Assembly: GCF_963853765.1 (NCBI RefSeq)
Contig: NC_088860.1
Location: 20,708,001 to 20,772,000, forward strand
Direction of reading: 5' to 3'
Source: Magallana gigas
Taxonomy: Eukaryota
Length of the DNA stretch: 64,000 bases
Below, piece by piece: positions 31,811-44,500 of this stretch. The translations under genes were made by a program, and so were the position numbers. Under the pieces are notes generated by a model. The model worked only from the letters and a program-made list of their open reading frames with translations, searched no databases and was not told the origin of the DNA. The first letter of the stretch is position 1. Each line of letters begins with the position of its first letter.

Positions 31811-34800
31811 TGGTATGTTTACAAATAATTTATAGGCATTGTATCATTAATATTCTAATAATCTTTTTTAAATAGATTTAAACACACCCTTGTTTATTTA
31901 AAGATTTAAAGCATTTATTACCCGTTTCCCTATGTTCCTTCTGTACTCATAAACACGCATTAATTTTTCAAATTGAACTATTTTTTCCCTCGGAATTTCA
32001 TCTACAGGCATCAGACTCCGTGCTTATCCTTTGTTTATGTCGCATACCATCGCAAGAGTTATCGTTCGTTCCTGTACTATCAAAAACATAAATCTACCAC
32101 TTGCTATCTTTGCTATAGGCATTTTCAATGGATAATTAAAAACGATGAAGTAAAAATTTACAGACAAGCTACAGTTCTATTATCAAAAACGATGTTTAAA
32201 CGGGGGTCGAACAGTGTGTGGGGGGGGGGGGTTGTGTTGTAGAGTTGTGTGCCCTTAGTTTATATAACATCCGATAGTTTACCATGAAAAAGGGCAGGAA
32301 TTTGACCTATGACGTAGAAGGTCATGAAAGCAATTGCAATAGGCGCTTCCGCCTAAAAAGGAATGGAACACTTTTCACAGATAGTCATTTTAGCCATGAA
32401 GCAGCATTTGAGGGGCAATTTCTGACGTGTATTTTTTTTTACCTTTTGATTAACGTCTTTTCGAGATCGAGGTCGATCGTACCATACACAATAAGACCAA
32501 TCAAATTCTGCCAGGGGATCATGATAAGATCAATTAAAGACTGTCAAAAGATTCCCTTGCGTCAGTGATATATGGACCAGTGTGACGTAATACGATGTTT
32601 ATGATGCTTTACCAATTGTCAAATTCTGACAGAAGTTAATCAGATACAGCCATGATTAAAAGGTGTGCTGAAAGATAGACATCATTAACCGTGTTTATAA
32701 AGTTTCAAAAGAAGAAGAGTCCCTTTGACATAGGTGACATAGAAATCAATTAACGTATAACCAAGGTGCACTGATAATATGAAATATCAGTAAAAATATC
32801 TTTGATAGACCTGTTATTAAGGGCAAGCGTTCAATTTTTAACTCTTTGAACTATTTTGGATGAACTGTTATCACTGTGTCTAGATTTAGATTTTTTTTTG
32901 CTTGGAATCAAGTGTTAAACATTCAGTATCAAACAACTGTCTCATCACTGTTCTCGGGTACCACTTGTCTTTACTTTCTACAAACTTGTCATAATAATGT
33001 TACGATTTACTTTTAGACTACCTCAAAACCACTGTTCTTTTACATATGTTATTGTAACCAAATACCACAAAATGTTGGTTATTTTATTATTGTCAATATC
33101 ACCTTTTTGTGTTTCCACTTCAATCTTATTAAAAGATGTTCAACAGGAACTTGTCAAACTTGTTGATATGAAGATTAGTACGATGAAAGCAAAGACAGGC
33201 AATAAAGAACCAACTATAGATGAAAGCATATGCTAGACTTCCATGGACAGCCATAATCGCCTCCCATTAAAGCGGCGACGTTTGAAAATAATAGATTGGA
33301 AGACATGAAAATTAATATTAGTTTTTTTTAGTGTTTTTTTCCACCGTATTTACTGGGGTTTATTTCCATGAAATCTTAACCACACTAAAAATAATATTAC
33401 GCATCGAATAAATTAAAATATAGTCTATTAATTGTTTGCCTAAACAGAAAGGGTTGAAAAATTAGAGCCACGGCGGAGTTATTTATCAGGCACGTAGCAT
33501 CATTTTTCAAAGTAAAGGGGCCTGAAAAATTGGTGCATAAGTGAAGGGGTCAACCCCACCCCCACCTACTCCTCAATTGCTTCGTTGCTCTTAGTCGACA
33601 AAGTTGAACTATATATTAAAAATGATTACCTTTCTGATACTGACACATAAAAGGTAGCGCTTGTTGGCATGGAAACAAAGACATCGTTCTATTGGAATTG
33701 AGAGTTATGGTACTACAGTAATTCCAAGGTTGACCATTCGGATTTGTATCTTTTATGTTATTCCAGACCGTGATATTTCTGCAATTAAGAAAAATATGAT
33801 AAACTTTTTTTCATGTATTGGTTAGTTGATTCTTTTTTTAATTAAAAAAAAAATGGGCAAAATTTGTATTTGAAAAATAAAACACCAAATAATATCCTTA
33901 ATACAAAGTCAGTAAGTAAAGTAACTTAATCTAGTTGCGAAACTTTTCTTCGACAAATTGATATACATATGTATATTTTTTTTTAATGCGGAAAGACCCT
34001 TCTATAGCTGTTAAACAGCGTCTCATAAATGTTATGCACTGCTATTATATAATCAAACAGGGTCAATAAACGAACGCAGCAAAGATATGAATAACAGGAA
34101 ACGTTATAAAAAGGGTTCTTTATAAATCCGATACTTTAAATGAAAGAAAATGTTCCAAAAAGTGTATTATTGTATTCAAAAAGTCCTAAACGTTCACCTT
34201 GGGGAACAATTTGGAAAATCTTGGATTAACAAAAGTGCAAACATCTCAGAGTTTTGCTGCGAGCACTGGAATTACATAATACTTAGAAATGCGCAACATG
34301 AGTAATAAACTCATGGCTTTGTGTGTTTTTGTGTATTAACCAAAGTAAACGACTTCGTTTGTTTTAATAACAGTCCCAGATAATAGTCCCATTATAAACA
34401 ATGTTCAAATCAAAGCAAGGTTTTGCAGTCCGTAAACTTGCGTTTGCGTTTTTTTTTCTTTAAAAATTCAAACCAGAAATCATTCGCAGGAAAACGATTT
34501 ACAGAGTAAACAAAATGTTGTATAAAAAGTTCTGTAAATGCTCACTTTAATTCAATTCACCATAAGATTACTTTCTAAATATTCTTTATCCTCGGATTAT
34601 GCGAACTACATTTGCAAGTTTGCAAGTAAAATTTTGAGAAAGACTGGATAGAAGTATTCCAACCTATTTCGATTTCAAGATCTTTATGATTCCATATTTC
34701 ATTAATAAGAAAGTTCTTTCCAAAATTTTGCATTTGCTGCAAGACACTACATTAAACAAAGGACGATCAATACCAATTATTGTAAATACAGCGGGTTTGG

Positions 34801-35322
34801 TTCATAACAAAATGGATGCCCTCACTTTATCGCCGGAAGTTCTTCCAAAATGTCCATAACAGTCGATACATCCGGAAACCGGGCCAGCATTCCATCTGTC
34901 TGTGCGCATGTCTGACTTGCATCATTCCAGTTTCGTCTTTCGCTGTAGTACACATAGGTCAAGGGAGTGAATTCCGTTTGACATGTAACTGAACACAAAA
35001 CCGTATTTTATTATCGTATATCGTTTTCTCCGGCTAAATGTACCCGAATTTAATTTCATTGTAGTAACAGGTTAAAGAATATAAATTGATATAATGAGTA
35101 TCGTATGCAGTTAAAAAATGAATCCAAGTGGAATTTTGTATTACGCTTTGCACTGCATTGATATTATCATCAATAAACTTCAAGTGCATTTCTGCCTTGA
35201 ATAGGTATCATGGTTGAATATTATAGTTTGAATAATAACTATTTTTTTTAACTATTGAATGTTGCTTTATCTGCTAATTTTTTACTTGATAACAGTAACT
35301 TTTCATACTGAAACATACTCAC

Positions 35323-35367
35323 TCAAAACAAGGGCAGAGGACAAACAAGTCAACAGCAGCATCATTT
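35323..35367 (-). other. Orphan 45-nt exon candidate encoding a signal-peptide-like sequence
   Basis: TCTTTTATCGTAG|AA ATG ATG CTG CTG TTG ACT TGT TTG TCC TCT GCC CTT GTT TTG A|GTGAGT gives MMLLLTCLSSALVL ending in phase 1. Confidence 0.35.
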
Positions 35368-38300
35368 CTACGATAAAAGAATATTTAGGTTATCATCCAA
35401 ATGTTATATTATTTTGATACAATGCTAGTAGTATCTTCAGGCAGTATAAAAACAGTTTTTAGACTCCAGCTGTTACATAGCTATGCTTGAACATATTTTA
35501 TTAGTTTATTTGTGTGAGCTGTGCAGAGTCCGTTGTCAGTAAATATACATGTACTAGCAGATCAATTTTGGGTATAAAGATGAAAATAATGAGATAGATT
35601 TTGCAAGTGATGCCCTGATTCTCAAAAGCCATCATATAATTGATAGCACTGGAGGAGTAATTTTGAAGTTTTAGTTTCTATTCAGTTGTTTTATCCTTAG
35701 TTTTTTTTTATCGTATATTCATCAACACATTATTTATTTATCTTTCAGATTTATTCATTTATTTATTAGCTACTATTTCTATTTTATTTATTCACTAACT
35801 GTATTTCTAAATTACATTTCTCCTTACCAAATGCATGTACATATGTATCTGCTGATATTTTCCCTGTCCTCAAATCTACTAACATGTCAGAAGGTTATTT
35901 ACATTGAATAGCCAAAAGTTGTTTCCAATTTTTACACTATTATCCAGAAAAACAAATGTTTCCTTTGTAACTGATCTTTTGTTATCCTATTATCACCCCC
36001 CCCCCCTCCAACGCTTTCCCCCTTTTCAGGGCTTTTCAGTCGCTTAAATTCAACATAGTTTGTACCAGATCCGTATATTATATGTTTAATTAGTTCTGTG
36101 GCCTTATTTTTGAAGTGAATGGTAAATTTGTTCATTTTAAAATGTATCGATTTATTTGGATTATTTGATAGTTTTAGGTCACAACATTTACAGTCCAATT
36201 ATTTTGCTTGGTTAAGCAATTACATTTCACCGTCAAAACAGCAGGTGAAAAACGGACCAATTCGACGGAATCCAAAAATATATCAACGATTATTGTAAAT
36301 GAAACGATAAACTACTGGTTTGCACTGTACATGCAGTGTCACAGATGTATGTTTTCAGATTTGTCTCCAATTCAAGTTCTAATTTAAAATGTTTTAGTGA
36401 TTTTGGCAATACGTGTATAATTTAATTTTAATTACATGTACCTGCACAATATACATGTACCGTCAACTTTTGTTTTGTTTTGTTTCTTTGATTTGCACCT
36501 GTAGCATCGTGATGCTGTCATCCATTGTTAAATTGTCTTAGAGACTGAAAGTCAAGTGGGAAGTGTCAAAATTTTTTTGTGAAGCAAATCTAATTGTTTA
36601 GACGTAAGTGTATTCTAATAACAATTCACGAAGTTGGAAGCATATTCTGTGATTCGCCCACAAATGACATAAAATTTAAATTTTGTACCTAAGGATAAGC
36701 AAAAAAGGAAATTGTCTTTTCAATATTCAAGATTACACGGACCCAAGGGAACCACCGACACATTTTTTTAGCATAGAGATTATTTTTTCTATAATTTGTA
36801 AAAGTGCGAGAGTGTGTAGCAAATTTTTCAAAAGGAATGTCAATTGATTTTTTGTACGTAGAAAGAAAAAATAAGAGGAAAATAGCTAGCCCTACTTTTA
36901 ATAATATATTATGGACGTCTTTTTGAATGTTAAAATTAAAAATAACAATATTAAAAGTTTATTTGTTAGGCAATAAATAGAAAAGTACTCCAGCGAAAAA
37001 AAAGTCTTAATCATAATTTAAAAATAAACACTTTTCATTTCATCTACAACGTACGTACATGAAGCGTTTTAAAGCTCAATAGTCGCTCTGCATTATTTGT
37101 TCTGGAAGTTGAACATTCGTTCCAAAATTACTTGGAAAATGTTTTTATTTTTAGATCAACCCTACAATTATCAATTTTATCCACATATCGTAAAATATCA
37201 ATAGAAATAATGATAGATAGCGCTTCTGACACAGGCTAAAAACTCTGGTTAATATGTAAATGATATCTCCCTTACTGAGTTTAATATCACTCGCAACAGG
37301 AAAGCGTTGAAGGGTTTTTCTTCACCCTCGGCCAGTTCTGTTTCCTGCAACGTAAGTAAATATGGGACTATTACATCAAACGTGTTATTAGTTAGACCAG
37401 AAATCGTATCTTTTTGTTTAATACAGAAGATACAAATATACATTTTCTTTTGTACTCAGCCTGCGGTAGACATGAATTTTTTTTAAATGACGTAAATTGC
37501 CCATACATTAATTTTAGAGCGTTGCTTGTATTGAATTTTTCAAGATGCATTTAGTACTTTAAAAATGTTTTACTGCTTCTGGCTGCTAATCGGTATTCAG
37601 CTACAGAAGTTTGCATGAAAGAACACCGTTTCTTTGAATCTGAACAGTTAGTTTCTCAGATCTGAATTTTCAAAAGTACAATCAAACATTTTTGGTGAAC
37701 AATTTGTTATAATACCAGTCAATAAACTTAGCCACGAAAAAAATACGCACTTCTCCTTTGAAATACAATCAATGCAGATCTTATTTGCTTAATCTTCAAT
37801 TTATTATATTTTGCTATGAAGGACACGGAATATAAATTTTAGACATTAATGAATGATAATATCATAATTGCTTGCAATTTATTCCTGTACGTACATATTC
37901 ATATACATCTGTATATATACAAACATTTACGAGCAATAAATACGTTTTCATATGCCACACATGCATATTCATGTGCATGGATGACATTAAATACTGTAGT
38001 TACATATATATACAATTAATGTCAATATTGTTTACAGTCGCAAATTACATTCTGTAATGATAACTTGTGGACATGATTCCAGCTCTTATACTTCCGAAGA
38101 ATTAAGTGAAAAAAAAGACCGTTATGTATTTTTATCAACATGGTGATTTTAAAGTAAAACAGTACATAAAGATCTTAAAAACTCTTTAGCTACTGTTTAC
38201 ATAACATGAAGTAATTTAACGACATTGAAATTAACCTACAAAGATTCTAACGACAAATGTACTCACCTTCTCTGACCAAGCATGCAGAAGTAAGTGAGGA

Positions 38301-39659
38301 AACCTCCACTGCTTGTTATTACCTGCCGTGTATTGATCCGCACCGGCGAGCGCAAAATCACTTCGCTCATAGTCCTATTGACAACTTAATCTTCCGCGTC
38401 CCGCCGGAATCTTTGATCTTCTGATAACTCTAGTAGGATTAATTAATCAACAGCAATTTAAAATTAATCATCTCTGAAAAGAGTTGATAAAAGATATTAA
38501 GAAGATAAATCTATTTTTATTTTTTTTGGTTCTTTATCTTGAATGTTAAGTTTTCCGTGACCGAGAGTTATACAATTTTTTGTTTGATTTAGGGTGAAAT
38601 TTCTTATGTTCAGCGTTAAAACAAATTGTGGTGTGCTGTTGCTATTGTGGTGGTAATGATAATTTTAGCATTATAAAGATTTATAACATAGTATCTGTGC
38701 AAGCTCCTCGAATTTCAATTAATAAATATTTTCAAAATCGATTAATTAATCTTCGCTAATTATATAGTTTCCTAATTACGCAGACAGGATCTATCAATTA
38801 CCATTTTCGTAATAATCATATTAGAACTGTATCTTTTCTCTACAATTTGATGTAAATAAATGGGGAAAGGGGGTAATATTAAAGTGTATGGAATTTTTTT
38901 TTTTTAAATCTGTTTCCCTTGTATTAAATTGATGTTTGTATGTAACTATGTAAGTTTTTATGGAACTATTTACATGTATTTTTATTCTTTATAATGCTGT
39001 ATTGTGTCGATATTTTCAATGAAGGTGGATTCAAATACATTTTCCTTTTTTTTTTGGACATATATACTGTATTGTGTCGATTTTTTCGTGTGAGGGTGGA
39101 TGTAACGATGTTCTTTTTATTGAGAGGGTAAGGGGGGGGGGGGGTAGGGATAACGCTCTGTTTGATCTGTTCAGAGTTTTTTTTTGGTTGGGGGAGGGGG
39201 TTGGTGTTTTATTGTCGTCGTTGTTTTGTTCTCGTCGCTGCTGCTAGTGTCAATGATATACGAGGAGAGCATTTAATTGGTGTCACTATTAAGTACATAC
39301 ATGTACATGTAAATACCTGAGTAATAGATACTTTAAAACACAGAAGAAATCTAATGTCTATTTAAATGTACTGTAAGGAATGTTTTGAGCAGTTTATGTA
39401 AAGCTTTTCATATTTACCAAATTGAGAGAAATAGAAATTAATGTCTGTGAAAAATAGGGCATAAATGATTCAAATGCCAACTAATTGCCAATTTTCCATC
39501 AGTGTGGTTGTAATCAGCATTGCCTAATGCTTCTATTTTCCCCGCATCTAAACATAGTTGATATGGTCAGAATGACAGGTATAATGAAATTTAATACTTA
39601 TAATTGATGCAGTGCATTAAAGGGTTGTTTTCGTTAATTCAGCATTACAGCGTTGCCTT

Positions 39660-39889
39660 CATTGATAAATGGACGCGTCGGGTCGCCCGGGGTCTTCAGA
39701 CATTGGTGACATAGAAAACTGTTTGGCGGTCTTTTCTGTCTGGCAAAGCAGATTCATTTTAGGTTAAATGCGTCCACGGGACAAACAGAACAAAAACATT
39801 TTCCGGACAGGTCGTATGTCGTGCCAGACCACATCTAATCGGCCCTTATTTATTTCGATCATCGTGTTTTTGCTTAAAGATAGATACGG
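39660..39889 (+). other. Candidate non-coding first exon/promoter of the SLC18 gene
   Basis: CpG-rich patch ending in the donor CGG|GTAAGT at 39890; the next clear acceptor (GATACAG| at 41470) precedes the SLC18 ATG. Start is approximate. Confidence 0.35.
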
Positions 39890-41524
39890 GTAAGTGTCGG
39901 CCAGAGAGTAATCATTATGCTGAAATATGACATATATAGGTCATTCTTTAGCAAAACAATAAATTTTAGTCCAAGTATTTATATATAAAAGTATACGTAA
40001 ACGGAGAAAAAGAGAAAACAAGAAACAAAGGTTGGAATACCTTGTTAAAAAATTTGATTAAAAAAAAACTCTCTGTCATGTTGGACAAAACACCCACCTC
40101 AGGTCAAAAACTTTATGACTTAATTATGATCTAAATGGTTAGAAGGATATGAGGGTAGATTTTTTTTATAGCTTAATTATCGTATCTAGTATATTAGTTT
40201 GATAATAGTAAAAAATGGTATAATAAGATTTTAATAGGCCTACGGTATATTTTGTTTCACCAATATCAAGTTTTTATCACTCTTTTGATATTGTGAATAC
40301 ATATGAGTAGAAAATCAAAAGCAAATCACAGAGGAAAATAAGGAGGCAGGGTGGTCAACTAATTAATCCCCAGATCCTAAATAAACATTGACACATAATA
40401 TTTTCTGTCATAAACTACCATTTAGAAAGAAAAAAAAAATCCAAATAATTTATCTTTAATATTTGATCATTTTCCTATATCTTTATACAGTGTTCTTCTT
40501 CATAAGAAGGTAAATATAGCCTAAAAATGGCCACCACTCCTTCTTAAGCTTATCGATTTCTGTGTAATTCATTACGATACTGGCCATTCTCTTTACTCTG
40601 TTTGTACAAACATATCATAGTTTGATCTTTCTTTGATTACAATTAGTATATATGTACTGTAGTATCTTTATTATCATTTGTTTGATTTCCCTTTCTATCA
40701 ATTCTATTTTCATTATTAGTAAAAATAAAAAATCATTTGATTTATGTAAATATGTTAGATTTTTGCAGTCGCTAATGTTATATTGTCATGCAAAAACATG
40801 TACTATACCGTTGATTTATTATGCTTTACGCACAAAAGCTGCATTTTCAGTGAATTTTTTACAGAGATTTTACTTGCCCATGGGTGCAAAGTGAACAATA
40901 AATCATAAAATGCACTTTTATTGACATATTCAAGAAGAAAATATCAAATTGAGTCTTCTTGTAGCTTGAATCGTCCTTTATAATGTCACTATTCTAGTTT
41001 GAAATTGAAGGAATTTGAATTTGCTTGTAACTGTTTTTTGATAGTCATTCTGTGTTGTTTAAGTAAAATAAAAATTACATACATATATTTATTTCATTGG
41101 TCAATCATCAATCCTTACCAGTGAAAAAAATGTTTTGCACGTAGACTTATAGATTGCTTTTTTTTCATTTATAAAGACAATGAACTTATAGGCCTATTTA
41201 CAGCCATTGTAAAATATAATGAAATCTTACACATGTAGAACAAAAAGGGTGTTAGAAAATTGGCATTCCAATTCCATGAGGGGAAATATATTTTTATCCT
41301 CGTTTTTCATGGTATTGCTGATTACAATTTATCCAGAGAGTCCAATTTCTTTTTTTTCACGTTATAGAATTTACCAAGTGTGAAATAAAAAGGCAATAAT
41401 GTTCAATTAATATTATCAACGGATGAGTGTTTCAGAATTAACTTTCATTATTTGTCTGTTCTCGATACAGATATTCTTCGTCCAAGTCTGATTGTTTCTC
41501 TTGTCCTCGAAAAGCTCTAACATT

Positions 41525-44500
41525 ATGGAGCGCATTTCATCTTGTCTGGAAAGCTTATTCGTCAGAAGAACTACAATTCTTTGTCTAATTTTCTACACAA
41601 ACACACTGGATAATATTTTACTTACATCAGTTGGTAAGTCAAGTGCAATACTATCTTTTTTGAACATATATAACTTACCTTATGTATTTCTTGTTGTTTT
41701 TTTTTTATTGTTTAACTGTGATGAAGTAAACTTCTGTATACAAGGTTATTTTCGCCTCGTGTTATTTTCGTCCTCCTTGATAAGCAGACGGTTTCGCCCC
41801 TTCTTGAACTCGCATAGACATAGTTGTGAGTAAAGAGAGATACGTTAAGACATTAGAATACGCCCAGTTTAAAATTCGCCCATTGACAACGAGGACGAAA
41901 GGAGCGAAAATAAAACGGGGGCAAATATTTCCTTGTATACAGTACTTCACGTCATATGTCATTTTATCATTATATTAATTTGTTAGGATTATCTATGAAT
42001 TTTAAGTCAGTTTAACATACAGTCATATGATCACAATTTTTCATTTCATAGTTCCAATCATTCCCGAGGTGTTAATGGAACTCGACAGAATTGACGACCC
42101 GGACAAAAACGGAAACGAGAGCATTAGGCCTAATTTAGCGATCACGGACAAAAATATATCAGATTCTCTCAGTTTCACCAAACAGTTGCTGCAGGAATCG
42201 TACAAAGCCCTGGACGAGAACAGTCAGGTCGGATTGCTTCTTTCCTCCAAAGCATTAGTACAAATCCTGGCAAATCCCTGTGTAGGATGTCTTTCTGAAA
42301 GGTATCGCTGTAGGAAAGGTGATTGTATAATGATATATTGTGTTAAACTTGACGTCTTAGTTTACAGTTGCCATAAGGAGCAATGCGTAATGAATGATTA
42401 ACAGGTAAAAACGAAGTTAACCCTTGTCACAAATTATATAGCAAAATTAATAGATATGATAAAATTACAAAAACATTACGTTTATGTTGTCTTGCATGTA
42501 TCTTTTAACGTGTATTGAATTGATATGATATTATAATATATTTACAGCTTTTTATGTATGCTTACAATGCATTAACATAACACTCGTTTCGTATTTATAG
42601 ATTCATCAACGCATTGCAATTATATTTTAAGAACACCTTATATTTATGAACTTGGCTCCCTAGTACCGTTTGATAAAGTATATGACGTGTATTCCGGTTT
42701 AAAGGTGAATGATATTTTTTTATATTTAAAAAGGTCTGTTTTTGTTATCTAGATATGGATACCATATTTTGCTTACTGTGGGAACAGTCTTACTCCTGAT
42801 ATCTTCTCTCGGTGAGTCTACTTACTTATCAACCATGTTTAACAGCTATTTAATATCAAATGAACTTAAAATTTAAAGCAAACGAACGAAAGCTTCAACA
42901 TAGAATTTCGAAAGACTTTTAATGATATAACAGTTTTGCCTCTTGCTATTACTAGTCTACGCATGCGCAGGAAGCTTTGTGTCTTTCCTGGCAGGACGAT
43001 TGGTTCACGGTATCGCGTCAGCCTTTACCTCTATAGCTGCTTTGAGTATCCTGGCTGAACTCTACTCGAGTGACCTTGAAAGGAGCAAGGTTATGGGTGT
43101 GGCAATGGGAGGGGTTGCATTTGGAGTTGTAGGTAAACTGTTCATTAATATATTCCGAAAACATGAATTATCATGCTAGGCATGCACAACTCGACATTTC
43201 ATTAAAAATCATCGACAATCAAAATTGCGTTACAACATTCTGTGCACATTGTGTATTCCAAGAATAAATGGCTTATCTGTTGAATTCTAGTATGTAGAAC
43301 AAAATTTCTCTTTATATTTGATTTAAGCATCTGACGTTGTTTTATTTTGTAGTTGGCTACCCTTTTGGGGGATTTTTGTACGACTACTGTGGCCAATCGT
43401 CTCCTTTCCTCATTTTGTCCCTTTTCGTCATTATTGACATCGGTATGGATTTGTTCTTCATATGAAATTGGAAACTAGTTCAAAGTATTCAATGGATTGC
43501 CTCTTTTCAATGCTTTACCTGTATAACGTCTCTTAAAATAGTTTTTCAGGGTTGCATTATCTGCAGATCACGTGCGATAACGGTAAGCAGTCGTCTGCTG
43601 TAATATAAAATCATTTTTAAAAATCACTTGTCATTTTACAGAGATAACGTAATATCAAAATATTCTAAAAAAAAATTTCGCACCCTAGATTCCTGGCAAA
43701 TACTTGCAATCTTCCATCTTGACACTTCTGAAAGATCCCTTTATCCTGATCACGGCGGGTAGGTCAACCTCAAACCCTCCATCACGTGTAATTAGCCACC
43801 AAAGACAGCCAAGCAAAAGTTTTATATCTTGATCATGAACTACGGAACTTCCATTTCTATTAGAGTAATTGATTCGGTTCTGCGGGGTATCTGTTTTATA
43901 TTTTCATCGATATCTGAGCGATTAAACGACTTTGATGTCATTATCTTTTGAACAGGAATAATCATGTTTACAACCATGGCGATGTCGACCTTGGAGCCGA
44001 CGATACCAATCTGGATCATCGATACCATGAAAGCACCAAAATGGCAACTAGGTACCCTGAATGATCTACAAATATTATGAAATACGTGTAGCTCTAACTT
44101 TTTTGCGCCTGTTGCTATGAGATTAATTAATTAAGCTGTGTCGATCATTCTGAATGAATGTGTAATTGACACCCTGAAAGTTTACTTGGAGCAGTTACTA
44201 TTTTGCAAAAAAGCGCACAAGTTTGTTAGAGGGATATGACCAAAAAAGCATATTTTCTTCAGTTTGTCAAACATAATGAGAACAACGAATTGCACGACAA
44301 CTAATATTGACCGAATGTTAGAAATATCAACTAAGATACAAGTACCTACTGTCCGAATTAATAGCAGGACTAAAAGCAAACTTGGACATGGAAAGAGAAA
44401 TTCACAATGTAATGATAATTGTCAAAGAACGTATCGAAAATCAATAAGACATACAATTTCTCATTATGTGAAAATGCAGTAAAATTTGTTTGATTGTTTC

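Noticed and set aside
32997-33236. ORF resembling a small secreted peptide (MLVILLLSISPFCVSTSILLKDVQQEL...)
   Set aside because: The hydrophobic stretch coincides with a T-rich, polypyrimidine-like tract before an AG. I found no partner exons or motif, so it is unsupported, though a terminal exon cannot be excluded.
33240-33252. RE1/NRSE-like half site CCATGGACAG upstream of a neuronal transporter
   Set aside because: Only one half-site, ~8 kb from the gene, and a REST-type system is not established for molluscs.
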